The notes below the pieces were generated by a model. The model had not been told where the DNA came from. It worked only from the letters and a program-made list of their open reading frames with translations, and did no database searches. The position numbers and the translations under genes are program-made. Source: an uncultured delta proteobacterium (GTDB lineage: Bacteria > Desulfobacterota > Desulfobacteria > Desulfobacterales > B30-G6). Taken from it: 64,000 bases of DNA. The stretch is from contig CAWGLD010000007.1 of assembly GCA_963823335.1 (NCBI GenBank), positions 345,409 to 409,408 on the forward strand. The letters are read 5' to 3'. Shown here piece after piece: positions 29,141-38,890 of the stretch (position 1 is the stretch's first letter; each line of letters begins with the position of its first letter).

Positions 29141-30522
29141 TAGTAGGGAAACTCAATTCCCATGTCTGCGATTTCATCTTTGATTCTGCGGTACATATCG
29201 TAATGTTCCTGGGTCGGCACCGCTTTGGCGACATCGTAGCATTCATGGTACTCACTCCCGATGGGCGCATCTGCGGCATGGTCCTCGTATTTTGCCAGCA
29301 ATTTCTTGGCAATCGCATTGACTTCGGCCCGGGACAAGCCCTGGCACGCGACAGCATGGCCCACTTCCATGCCGATTCTGGCTTCCAGCGGTGTTGCACG
29401 ATTCTTGTATTTGTTGCGGGTCGAAGCCATCTCCCACAGGTGCCATCCAGTGACCGTCGAGACCATGGCGTGAACCGCGGTTTCCCGAAACAGCATCTCC
29501 GTCATGGGACCGGCATTGGCGAATCCATTGGAAGTATGCAGCAGTTTACTGTTTCTGGCCAGCGCCTGCCCTGCCATGGCGATGGCCCACAGCAACTCCC
29601 GGGTGGTGTTGGAACCGTAATTCAAATGAAATGGAAAGTGCTGATTGAAAACAGCACCGTGAATCACCAGACCGATAAGACTGTAGGCGACCGTGGTCAC
29701 CGCCGTTCCCTCTGAGCCGCCGCACCATCCACCGTAAATCGCCCCGGTCAGGTTCCCGGTATAGCAGCCATACTGGGCATAATGAAGGGAGCGATTGAGA
29801 AGTGTGTCGGCGGTCTTGAACTCGGTCAGGGACCCTACAAGCCGTGCATCTGATTTTTGAACGCCCCACTCCTGGTTTGATACGGCGATTTGACCGCTGT
29901 CGTGCTCCGCGGTCCCCACGGCAACCATAAATGTTCCCGGCCGTCCCAGCAGTCTTGCCGCCAGCTTCTGATTGGTGATGTGCTGGATACAGCCGCTGAT
30001 TTCAGAGGGACCCGAAGATTCGATCAGATGACCAAAGGTCTCTTCCAGGATCGGCCCGCAAATGCCGTCCAGAAGTGGTTCCTTGAGATAGGCCATGCAC
30101 ATGGACTGGTGGTACTGCTCGTCACAGGTGATGTCCGGGCTCATGATACAGAATGGGGGGGCCGTGTCTTCCACCTGCCGGTGTTTCCACAGGACAGCGT
30201 CTTTTCCGGCACCCACCCAATATTGATCATGGGCCATATACAGCGCTTCCCGAATCTCTTCATCGGTGACCTGGATCAGCCGGTGGGAATCGGTATTGTA
30301 ATACCCCACATCCCGGAACAGCTCCCAGGCAGCCTGCCAGATTCTGTCAGCCATGGCATCGTCTGTGGGGCACGGGTTTTCCGGGTCATATTTTATTTCA
30401 TATTTTTTGATAAGTTTTTTCAGGGTCGGTGTAAAGTGCTTGGGAAGAAAATCATCCTCCTCCATAAAAGGACCGGTCTGGGATCGTTCGAGAATCTCCC
30501 AGTGCCTGTAGGCTGTTGTCAT
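29140..30522 (-). CDS. MtmB-family (monomethylamine-type) corrinoid methyltransferase, pyrrolysine-free
   Basis: 460 aa; ERSQTGP, DDAMADRIW, GRPG, AGPMTEML, TPLEARI, ECYD. No amber codon. Confidence 0.88.
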   Translation of the reverse strand: MTTAYRHWEILERSQTGPFMEEDDFLPKHFTPTLKKLIKKYEIKYDPENPCPTDDAMADRIWQAAWELFRDVGYYNTDSHRLIQVTDEEIREALYMAHDQYWVGAGKDAVLWKHRQVEDTAPPFCIMSPDITCDEQYHQSMCMAYLKEPLLDGICGPILEETFGHLIESSGPSEISGCIQHITNQKLAARLLGRPGTFMVAVGTAEHDSGQIAVSNQEWGVQKSDARLVGSLTEFKTADTLLNRSLHYAQYGCYTGNLTGAIYGGWCGGSEGTAVTTVAYSLIGLVIHGAVFNQHFPFHLNYGSNTTRELLWAIAMAGQALARNSKLLHTSNGFANAGPMTEMLFRETAVHAMVSTVTGWHLWEMASTRNKYKNRATPLEARIGMEVGHAVACQGLSRAEVNAIAKKLLAKYEDHAADAPIGSEYHECYDVAKAVPTQEHYDMYRRIKDEIADMGIEFPY

Positions 30523-30599
30523 GTCACTCCTCCTTATCTTTCCTGGCAGTTACTCAGGGTATTCATTCTATGGCTCTTCTTCAATTTCATTGGTAAAAA

Positions 30600-30787
30600 A
30601 GGGTCCGAGGGGTCAAGGGGGTCACGTGTTTGATTACCAGGTATTTGACCATCGTTTGGGTTTCCAATTTTCCAAAACATTTAACGATTGATGGCCCGCC
30701 ACCATTTCACTTGAACCGCGACAGCGAGCGCATTCCCCGTAGCTTGCTGCGAGGTTCTTCAATCCTGGAACCCTTGAATCCTTGAAC
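30600..30787. repeat. Inverted octamer arrays with four-helix-bundle relic and a nested family E element (30711-30762)
   Basis: Minus strand reads KLETQTMVKYLVIKHVTP. The family E copy is 51/52 identical to the reverse complement of 48201-48252. Confidence 0.65.
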
Positions 30788-30797
30788 TTTGATCATC

Positions 30798-31433
30798 TCA
30801 TTTTGAGATGATCAAGTTTGCTAAAAGTTCAGGCGCACTCTTGGCGTCCTTACAGTAAAGGTCGGCACCGATCTGGTCGGCCCAAAGCTGGGAAGTGGGC
30901 GCACCACCGATAACAACCTTATATTGATCCCTTATCCCTTTTGAATTTAAAATCTCTATGATTTCTTTCTGACGTGGCATGGTGGTGGTCATCAGCGATG
31001 AAGCGCCGATGAAATCAGCACCCATGGCCTCGGCCTCCTTGATAAAGGTCAGCGGATCCACGTTGTATCCCAGATCCTTCACCACGAAACCATTGGTTTC
31101 CAGGATGAGCTTGACGATATTTTTGCCGATTTCATGCAGGTCCCCTTTGACCACGCCGATCACGATCTTGCCTTTGACTTCCTGTCCGCCGACCTCGTCC
31201 AGATAGGGCGCCATTACCTCGACCACAGCGGACAAGGCCTCTCCGGCCAGCATGATCTCGGGAAGGAAAATTTCCAGTTTTGAAAACAGGTCCCCCACAT
31301 GTGCCATGGTCCTGGTCATGGCCGCTATCATTTCCAGAGGGTTTGCACCGTCCTTGAGAAGCCTTTCGGCAAGCTCCCGGGCCTCCTCTGCTTCACCGTC
31401 TTCCACAAATTTGCTCAATTCCTCCAACGACAT
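30798..31433 (-). CDS. Corrinoid (B12-binding) protein, MttC/MtmC-like
   Basis: FLPEIMLAG, GDLHEIGKNIV, SSLMTTT, VIGGAP. Start moved to ATG 31433 after AGGAGG. Confidence 0.95.
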   Translation of the reverse strand: MSLEELSKFVEDGEAEEARELAERLLKDGANPLEMIAAMTRTMAHVGDLFSKLEIFLPEIMLAGEALSAVVEVMAPYLDEVGGQEVKGKIVIGVVKGDLHEIGKNIVKLILETNGFVVKDLGYNVDPLTFIKEAEAMGADFIGASSLMTTTMPRQKEIIEILNSKGIRDQYKVVIGGAPTSQLWADQIGADLYCKDAKSAPELLANLIISK

Positions 31434-31639
31434 GTCAGGCCTCCTTGCTATCAGCTCTTTTAGGATAATAATATAGATTGTTATAATAACGCATTTCACC
31501 TTGCCCTGAAGCAAGATGTTGCCGTAAAAAATCAGAAATTCCGGAGAACTAGATGAACATCGAATCCCGTCACGGCGGGAAACGTTCAGCATCCAACGTC
31601 GAATACGACAGGTCTCCGCATTTTGTACGGCTTCCTAAG

Positions 31640-31690
31640 GTTGTATATACAACTTCTGTGTCTATAAAATAGGATTTTGCTTTTTGTCAA
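31640..31690 (-). promoter_or_regulatory. Promoter with HutC-type operator for the methyltransferase operon
   Basis: Perfect palindrome GTTGTATATACAAC (31640-31653) just downstream of a minus-strand TTGACA (31690-31685) and a TATAGA-like -10. Confidence 0.8.
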
Positions 31691-31712
31691 GGCATAACAT
31701 GGCACTACGATG

Positions 31713-32459
31713 TTATGGGGTCATGTTTTCCTGTTTAAAGAAATCGGCTGGGTCGAACTGGGGCGAGAAGGTATCCCGGAAAGCCATCTCACCGCGCATG
31801 TAATACTCCACATAGGTAACCGGATCGTCAAATGAATAGATCGTCCGCTTGATATGGAACACAGGATAACCCGGTTTTACACCAAAGATGGGGGCGGTCT
31901 CTTCTGAAAGAACGATCGCCTCCATACTCTGGCTGATCCTGGTAAGCTGCAGTTTGTATTTATTGATCAGAATGCTGTGAATGGATTCGTTTTTGAGATC
32001 CTCCCAGAGAATACCGGCACAGATATCAGGCCGTAGGTACCGTATTTCGTAACGCACCGGCTTTTGATCGAAATACCACAGACGGCTGATAAGAATCAAC
32101 TGCTCCCCGGTTTCCAGCTGTTTTGAAACATCGGCCGGAGGGTCTACCACCTGTGCCTTTTGAACATCCGTTGTCAGAACCACGTTCAGATCGTCAGCCC
32201 ACTTCTGAAACGGTCTGACCCGGAAAAATCCGGTGGTGTAATGCTTCTTCTTCACGAAGGTACCCTTGCCCGGCACGCGCTCAACAAACCCTTCCCTCTC
32301 TATGGCATCGATGGCTTTTCTGGCCGTCATGCGGCTGACACCAAAGGTTTCCGCCAGCCTGTTTTCCGAAGGCACAACATCCAAAAAATTTCGTGCCTTG
32401 ATGCCTTTGATGACATACTCCTTTATCTTTTCGTATTTCGGAATCTTTTTTTGCATCAT
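31713..32459 (-). CDS. hutC: GntR/HutC-family regulator (wHTH + UTRA)
   Basis: PSENRLAETFGVSRMTARKA...GKGTFV plus UTRA domain. Divergent from hutU. Confidence 0.85.
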   Translation of the reverse strand: MMQKKIPKYEKIKEYVIKGIKARNFLDVVPSENRLAETFGVSRMTARKAIDAIEREGFVERVPGKGTFVKKKHYTTGFFRVRPFQKWADDLNVVLTTDVQKAQVVDPPADVSKQLETGEQLILISRLWYFDQKPVRYEIRYLRPDICAGILWEDLKNESIHSILINKYKLQLTRISQSMEAIVLSEETAPIFGVKPGYPVFHIKRTIYSFDDPVTYVEYYMRGEMAFRDTFSPQFDPADFFKQENMTP

Positions 32460-32487
32460 ACATCCCCGTTTCACGGTCTGAAAACCC

Positions 32488-32597
32488 TGTATATACATCT
32501 GGCACACTATAGCCCCACCCGTTTGGATTGTCGAGAGCAAATTCCGCTTGACAAGTCCGGGAACGATGGTCATAACTACTCTTTGATTGTATATACA
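32488..32597. promoter_or_regulatory. Two HutC-type boxes and hutU promoter
   Basis: TGTATATACA at 32488-32497 and 32588-32597; TTGACA(32548)-17bp-CATAAC promoter between them. Confidence 0.8.
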
Positions 32598-32654
32598 GGT
32601 CTGGCTCGTCTCCGCCTGGCTTTATAGAACCTTTCAGGGTGCAAAGGAGGTCCC

Positions 32655-34688
32655 GTGACAACCCATCCCCTTGCTGGTGATACCATGATGATCGAACCGG
32701 ACCAAAATCTCCCCGAACTGCCTGAGTTTGAAAGAGATATTCGCCGGGCCCCGGACCGCGGCTTTCGTCTGACACCCCAACAGGCTGAAATATCGCTGAA
32801 AAATGCCCTGCGCTATATTCCCGTAAAATGGCACGAAACCCTGGCATCCGAATTTCTGAATGAGTTGATGACACGTGGGAGGATCTATGGTTACCGGTAT
32901 AGACCCGCAGGGCCCATCAAGGCCAGGCCGGTTCATTCCTACACAGGCAGATGTCTTGCCGGAAAAGCCTTCCAGGTGATGATCGACAACAACCTTGATT
33001 TTGACGTCGCCCTCTATCCTTATGAACTGGTGACCTATGGAGAAACCGGGTCTGTCTGCCAGAACTGGATGCAGTATCGCCTGATAAAAAAATATCTGGA
33101 AGTACTCACCGAGGACCAGACTCTGGTGGTGGCATCCGGTCATCCCCTGGGGCTTTTTCAATCAAGACCGACCAACCCCCGGGTCATCATTACCAACGGA
33201 TTGATGGTTGGCAGATATGACAACCTGGATGATTGGGAAATTGCCGCCCAGATGGGAGTGGCAAGTTACGGCCAGATGACGGCTGGAGGATGGATGTATA
33301 TCGGTCCCCAGGGTATTGTGCATGGGACCTACAATACACTCCTGAACGCAGGTAGAATAAGATTCGGTCTGAGCAAGGAAGCCAATCTTGCCGGACGACT
33401 GTTTGTCTCTTCAGGCCTGGGGGGCATGAGCGGCGCTCAACCAAAAGCCGCAGAGATCGCCGGAGCCGTATCCATTATCGCCGAGGTTGATGGCTCCAGG
33501 ATACTGACCCGGCACCAGCAGGGCTGGGTAAAACATGTCTCTGACGATCTGGAAGAAACCTTTGCCCTGGCGGCTCAGGCCACTCAGAAGGGGGAACCGC
33601 TCTCCATCGCTTTTGCCGGGAACATCGTCGATCTGCTGGAGTACGCGGTGGACCACAACATAAAAATCGACCTGCTTTCGGATCAGACGTCATGCCATGT
33701 GGCCTATACCGGCGGGTACTGCCCCCAGGGCATCACCTTTGAAGAAAGAACCCGGCTCCTGGCAGAAAACAGAGGGACATTCTGTAAGCTTGTGGATAAA
33801 AGCCTCCGTCGCCACTTTGAATTGATCAAGATTCTCACGTCCAGGGGTGTCTATTTTTTTGATTACGGCAATGCGTTTCTAAAAGCGGTTTTCGACGCAG
33901 GCGTAACCGAAATTTCCAACAATGGCCTCGACGAAAAGGACGGGTTCATCTTTCCATCCTACTTTGAGGACATCATGGGACCCCATATTTTTGATTTCGG
34001 ATACGGCCCGTTCCGCTGGGTCTGTTTGAGCGGTGATCATAATGACCTGGTAAAGACCGACAAGGCAGCCATGGACTGCATCGATCCCCTTCGCAGGTAT
34101 CAGGACAGGGACAACTGGACCTGGATCAGGGATGCGGAAAAGTACCATCTCGTAGTGGGAACCCAGGCCAGGATCCTGTATCAGGACGCGGAAGGCAGAA
34201 TCAGGATCGCACTGAAATTCAACGAGATGGTAAGAAAGGGAGACGTGGGCCCCATAATGATCGGCCGGGATCACCACGATCCCGGCGGGACGGATTCACC
34301 CTTCCGGGAAACAGCCAATATAAATGATGGCAGCAATGTGATGGCCGACATGGCCACCCACTGTTTTGGTGGAAACTGCGCCAGGGGTATGTCCATGGTC
34401 GCTCTGCACAACGGTGGCGGGACAGGGATAGGAAATGCCATAAACGGCGGGTTTGGCCTGGTGCTGGACGGCAGTCAGAGAGTGGACGACACCATCCGGT
34501 CCGCTATTTCCTGGGATGTCATGGGCGGTGTGGCCAGACGGAACTGGGCCCGCAATACCAATGCCATGGAGGTCTGCCGAACCTTCAATGAGGCGAACAA
34601 GGGTGTGGGTCATGTCACCATTCCCTATCTGCCGGAAGAAAGCCTGGTTAAGGATATCGTGTCCAACGCTTTTAAGAAAAGGTCCTGA
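32655..34688 (+). CDS. hutU: Urocanate hydratase, long form, canonical
   Basis: YGQMTAGGWMYIGPQGIVHGT, GLGGMSGAQP, SDQTSCH, GRDHHD, HNGGG. GTG start after AAGGAGG. Confidence 0.95.
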   Translation: MTTHPLAGDTMMIEPDQNLPELPEFERDIRRAPDRGFRLTPQQAEISLKNALRYIPVKWHETLASEFLNELMTRGRIYGYRYRPAGPIKARPVHSYTGRCLAGKAFQVMIDNNLDFDVALYPYELVTYGETGSVCQNWMQYRLIKKYLEVLTEDQTLVVASGHPLGLFQSRPTNPRVIITNGLMVGRYDNLDDWEIAAQMGVASYGQMTAGGWMYIGPQGIVHGTYNTLLNAGRIRFGLSKEANLAGRLFVSSGLGGMSGAQPKAAEIAGAVSIIAEVDGSRILTRHQQGWVKHVSDDLEETFALAAQATQKGEPLSIAFAGNIVDLLEYAVDHNIKIDLLSDQTSCHVAYTGGYCPQGITFEERTRLLAENRGTFCKLVDKSLRRHFELIKILTSRGVYFFDYGNAFLKAVFDAGVTEISNNGLDEKDGFIFPSYFEDIMGPHIFDFGYGPFRWVCLSGDHNDLVKTDKAAMDCIDPLRRYQDRDNWTWIRDAEKYHLVVGTQARILYQDAEGRIRIALKFNEMVRKGDVGPIMIGRDHHDPGGTDSPFRETANINDGSNVMADMATHCFGGNCARGMSMVALHNGGGTGIGNAINGGFGLVLDGSQRVDDTIRSAISWDVMGGVARRNWARNTNAMEVCRTFNEANKGVGHVTIPYLPEESLVKDIVSNAFKKRS

Positions 34689-34689
34689 A

Positions 34690-36255
34690 ATGCAATCCAT
34701 TGTTATCGACAAGGAAAATTTGACCATTGAGGATGTGGTGGCCATCGCCCGAAAAGGTGTGCGGGTCGATGCCTCCAGCCAGGGCGTGCTGCGGGTCGAA
34801 AAAGCCCGTGAGCTGATCGCCAAATGGGTCAGTGAAAAAAAAGTGATCTATGGAATCACCACCGGGTTTGGCGCCTTGTGCAATGTTCCCATTTCGGAAT
34901 CCGACACCCGGTTGCTGCAGAATAAAATCATCATGAGCCACGCCTCGGGCGTGGGGTCACCCCTTCCCGAAGATGTTGTTCGGGCTGTAATGGCCGTCCG
35001 GCTGCATGACCTGTTCATGGGATACTCCGGCTGTTCAATCACGACCCTGCGGTACTTGATGGCCTTTCTCAACCAGGGGCTGACACCGGTCGTGCCTGAA
35101 AAGGGATCGGTGGGATCCAGCGGAGACCTGGCACCCATGGCTCACCTGGGTCTGGTTCTGTTAGGAAAAGGCGAGGCTTTTTATAAGGGCGAACGCCTCA
35201 GCGGTGCCAGGGCACTGGAAAAGATCGGACTTTCCCCCATCAGCCTTGCAGCCGGGGAAGGTCTGGCCCTTATCAACGGTACCCAGGTAATGACCGGCAT
35301 CGCCACCCTGGTGGTTCACGATGCCATCCGCCTGGCAAAAATGGCTGACATCGCCTGCGCCATGAGCCTGGAAGTGCTCATGGGAAGCAATTCTGAATTC
35401 GACCCGCGAATTCATCAGATACGACCTCATCCGGGGCAGATTGCGTCAGCCGAAAATATGCTGCGACTGACCAGTGAAAGTGAAATCATTCTCTCCCACG
35501 AAGGATGCGCCCGTGTTCAGGATGCCTATACCCTGCGATGTTCGCCCCAGATTCACGGTGCCAGTAAGGATGCCGTCGTACATGCTCAAAATGTTGTGAA
35601 GATTGAAATCAATGCATCCACCACCAACCCGTTGATCTTCACCGACACCCAGGAGATCCGCCTGGGAGGAAATTTTCACGGCCAGCCCATCGCCATGGCA
35701 GCCGATTACCTCTCCATGGGGATTGCCGAATTAGGGAATGTGTCCGAACGTCGCATCGAAAGGCTGGTCAACCCGCAATTGAGCGAACTGCCCGCCTTTC
35801 TGGTAAAAAACGGCGGACTCAATTCAGGATTCATGATAGCCCAGTACACGGCCGCCGCCCTGGTTTCCGAAAACAAAGTGCTGGCACATCCAGCTTGTGT
35901 GGACTCGATTCCCACTTCTGCGAACAAGGAAGACCATGTCAGCATGGGCACCATCGCTATTCGACAGTGCCGGGAAATTCTGGATAATGTAGAGCATGTT
36001 CTTGCCGTGGAGATGCTGTGCGCTGCTCAGGCCTATGATCTCCTGAATGAAAAGAACAAAATGATGGGAGGCAGGGGCACTCGGGTAGCCCACCAGGTAA
36101 TTCGAGAAACAATTTCCTATCTTGAAGAAGACCGGGAGCTGTTCATAGATATCGAAAAGATGGTGGCCCTGATCCGCTCAGGTAAAATAATACACGCAGT
36201 GGAAAAGGCTGTGGGTAAGCTCGATCTGGTCAGCTTTGATAAACAGAGCTGCTGA
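34690..36255 (+). CDS. hutH: Histidine ammonia-lyase, canonical
   Basis: YGITTGFG, SHASGVG, MIO triad SSG, QDAYTLRC, GGNFHGQP, EDHVSMG. Start moved to ATG 34690. Confidence 0.93.
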   Translation: MQSIVIDKENLTIEDVVAIARKGVRVDASSQGVLRVEKARELIAKWVSEKKVIYGITTGFGALCNVPISESDTRLLQNKIIMSHASGVGSPLPEDVVRAVMAVRLHDLFMGYSGCSITTLRYLMAFLNQGLTPVVPEKGSVGSSGDLAPMAHLGLVLLGKGEAFYKGERLSGARALEKIGLSPISLAAGEGLALINGTQVMTGIATLVVHDAIRLAKMADIACAMSLEVLMGSNSEFDPRIHQIRPHPGQIASAENMLRLTSESEIILSHEGCARVQDAYTLRCSPQIHGASKDAVVHAQNVVKIEINASTTNPLIFTDTQEIRLGGNFHGQPIAMAADYLSMGIAELGNVSERRIERLVNPQLSELPAFLVKNGGLNSGFMIAQYTAAALVSENKVLAHPACVDSIPTSANKEDHVSMGTIAIRQCREILDNVEHVLAVEMLCAAQAYDLLNEKNKMMGGRGTRVAHQVIRETISYLEEDRELFIDIEKMVALIRSGKIIHAVEKAVGKLDLVSFDKQSC

Positions 36256-36341
36256 AAAGTATAGTCTTGTGTATTGATAGCCGTTAGATTATAGCGCTTT
36301 CTTTAAATCCGAATGTTCAAATGACAATAGAAGAGTGCTGA

Positions 36342-36833
36342 ATGAATGTTGTATTTGTTGAACTTGATCGGTGCATTGCCTGCTTGAGTTGTGAAAAGGC
36401 ATGTCTGTTTCAACAGGCAGCCAGAAACACAGAGGCAAGCCCGAATATCTTTGTTCGCGTGGACCTGGACCGACGCCGGATTTATGCCGGCACATGCCTG
36501 CAGTGTGAAACCGCTCTCTGCCTGGAAGTATGCCCGATCAAAGCCATAACACGAGATCCGGAAACGTCGGCCGTTATCGTCGATCAGAAGATTTGTCTCG
36601 GGTGTGGTATGTGCGTATCGGCCTGCCCTTTTGGATACATGTACCTGGAAGACTCCTGCCAAAAGGCAACCAAATGCGACCTGTGCGGCGGTACGCCGAA
36701 GTGCGTTCAGATGTGCATGGCCAGGGCCTTACATTTCGGCAGCATCAATTCTCTTGCCGAACGCAAACGTAAACAGACCGATTTGCGCCTGAGTCTTAGG
36801 GCCGTCCCAATCCATACGGGTGAAGAAAAATGA
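36342..36833 (+). CDS. 4Fe-4S dicluster electron-transfer subunit (DmsB/HydN-like)
   Basis: CIACLSCEKAC, CLQCETALCLEVCP, CLGCGMCVSACP, KCDLC. Confidence 0.92.
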   Translation: MNVVFVELDRCIACLSCEKACLFQQAARNTEASPNIFVRVDLDRRRIYAGTCLQCETALCLEVCPIKAITRDPETSAVIVDQKICLGCGMCVSACPFGYMYLEDSCQKATKCDLCGGTPKCVQMCMARALHFGSINSLAERKRKQTDLRLSLRAVPIHTGEEK

Positions 36834-38890
36834 CGGGCAGGACCTTTGTTGAAAACGCGGTCGTAAAAACCCTGTGCCGCATGTGCAGCAACCGCTGCAG
36901 CATCGATGTACACGTCCAGGATGGCCGTATGGTTGAAATCACACCCGGGCAGGGAAACCCCTGCAACCAGGGCAGGATGTGCCCCCGGGGAGGTGCTGCG
37001 CTGGATATGTTTTATCACCCCGACCGTATCCGCACACCCTTGAAGAGACTTGACGACGGCTCATTTGTGAAAATCAGCCGCGAAACAGCCATTGCTGAAA
37101 TTGCCGAGAAGATGATGCAGATTAAGCATCGCTATGGTGCCCGGTCCATGGGGGTATGGAAAGGCGAGGCGATCGGTTTCCTTCAGCAGGAGGAGTATGC
37201 CCGCAGGTTTGCCCACGCATTCGGCACACCCAATTATTTTTCCAACGATTCTGCCTGTTACAATGGCCGATTTCTGGGGCACATGCTGGTAAACGGTTTC
37301 TGGAATCCCTTTTCCTACTATGCCAAGGCGGACCTGATTCTGATTTTCGGCACCAACCCACCTGTGTGCCACCCGCCTTTCATGGCCGAATTTGCCGATG
37401 CCAAGGCAAACGGTGCCAATCTGGTGGTGATCGATCCGAGACTGAATCCCATTGCCTGCTACGCCGATGTTTTTGCCCAGCCCCTGCCGGGCACCGATGG
37501 TGCCATAGCCTGGGGTCTGATTCGTTATATTGTCAAGGCCGGTGAATATGATCACGAGCTGATGGATCGCTACAGCATCGGATTTGAGGAAGTAGTCGCC
37601 TACGCGGAAAAATTCAGCCCTGATTATGTCGAAGAACAAACCGGTGTCTATGCCGATGTTGTGGTCAAAATCGCTCAACTGATTGTTGAGAACCGTCCCA
37701 AGATCAGTTTTTATATGGGTGCCGGTCTGGAGCACCACGACAACGGCGTCGACAACATCCGTGCCCTGGTGATCCTGTCCTGCATTACGGGTGCCTTTGA
37801 TATGGATTGCGGGCTTTACTGGCCCGACGACATGCCCAGGAACGCCTTGACTCTGTATGACGAACTGCCTCTGGAAAAGGAAAAACCCATCGGTGCCGAC
37901 CGCTTCCCGGTGCTTTACGAGCTTCGCAAGGAGTGCCATTCCATGACCGCCATGGATTATATGCTCGGCAAGGGCGAGTATCCGTTGAAGGGACTCATCG
38001 TCACCGCCGCCAATCCAGCCGTCACCAATCCCAACACCCGCAAGGTGGAAGCGGCCCTGGGATCTCTGGACCTCCTGGTGGTCAATGACCTGTTTCTGAC
38101 GAAGACCGCCCGGCTGGCACATTATATCCTGCCCGCCGCCTCCTTTTTGGAACGTTCCGAAATCCACATCGACCCTAAATATCAACGTGTCTATCTCACC
38201 AGCAAGGTGGCGGAAATTCCGGGAATAAAAGACGAATACATGCTCTGGCACGACCTGGCCCATGTCCTGGGCTTTGGTGAGCGCTACTTCCCGTGGGAAA
38301 ACGAGACCCAGGTCAACCAGTTTATACTGGAGCCTTCCAATATCCGGCTCGAACAGCTGCAGGCCCATCCGGAAGGGATTCAGTATAAACCACTGACGTT
38401 CCAGAAACATCTCTCGCGACCCCTGCCGACAGCCTCAGGAAAAATCGAACTGGCTTCCTCTTACTTAAAAAAGCTCGGTTTTTCAGCAATCCCCGAATAC
38501 GTGCCGCCCTATCACCTGCGCGAGAAGTCAGAGGACTACCCTTTCATTCTCACCACAGGTGCACGCAAGACCCTGTTGTATCACTCCAGACATCAGAACT
38601 TAGAGCATTTCCGGAAGATACATCCCAACGCGCGGGTGGAAATTCACCCCGACGATGCTGCAGCGCTGGAAATCAGCGACGGAAACCCGGTTCGAATCGT
38701 TTCAAGTATCGGAGAACTGGTGGTGGAGGCAAACATCGTGCACAAAAACGAGCTTCTCCGGGGTGTTATAGAGATGTATCACGCCTGGGAAGATTGGCGC
38801 ATCAATTTCACCACTTTCGACAGTGTCAACGATCCCATCAGCGGATTCCCCCTCCTGAAGGGTGTACCTGTACGGTTGGAAAAAATATGA
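36830..38890 (+). CDS. Mo/W-bisPGD oxidoreductase catalytic subunit, cytoplasmic (copy 1)
   Basis: CRMCSNRC...CPRG, NDSAC (putative Cys ligand), ILPAASFLE, VEIHPDDAAAL. No Tat signal. Confidence 0.9.
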   Translation: MTGRTFVENAVVKTLCRMCSNRCSIDVHVQDGRMVEITPGQGNPCNQGRMCPRGGAALDMFYHPDRIRTPLKRLDDGSFVKISRETAIAEIAEKMMQIKHRYGARSMGVWKGEAIGFLQQEEYARRFAHAFGTPNYFSNDSACYNGRFLGHMLVNGFWNPFSYYAKADLILIFGTNPPVCHPPFMAEFADAKANGANLVVIDPRLNPIACYADVFAQPLPGTDGAIAWGLIRYIVKAGEYDHELMDRYSIGFEEVVAYAEKFSPDYVEEQTGVYADVVVKIAQLIVENRPKISFYMGAGLEHHDNGVDNIRALVILSCITGAFDMDCGLYWPDDMPRNALTLYDELPLEKEKPIGADRFPVLYELRKECHSMTAMDYMLGKGEYPLKGLIVTAANPAVTNPNTRKVEAALGSLDLLVVNDLFLTKTARLAHYILPAASFLERSEIHIDPKYQRVYLTSKVAEIPGIKDEYMLWHDLAHVLGFGERYFPWENETQVNQFILEPSNIRLEQLQAHPEGIQYKPLTFQKHLSRPLPTASGKIELASSYLKKLGFSAIPEYVPPYHLREKSEDYPFILTTGARKTLLYHSRHQNLEHFRKIHPNARVEIHPDDAAALEISDGNPVRIVSSIGELVVEANIVHKNELLRGVIEMYHAWEDWRINFTTFDSVNDPISGFPLLKGVPVRLEKI

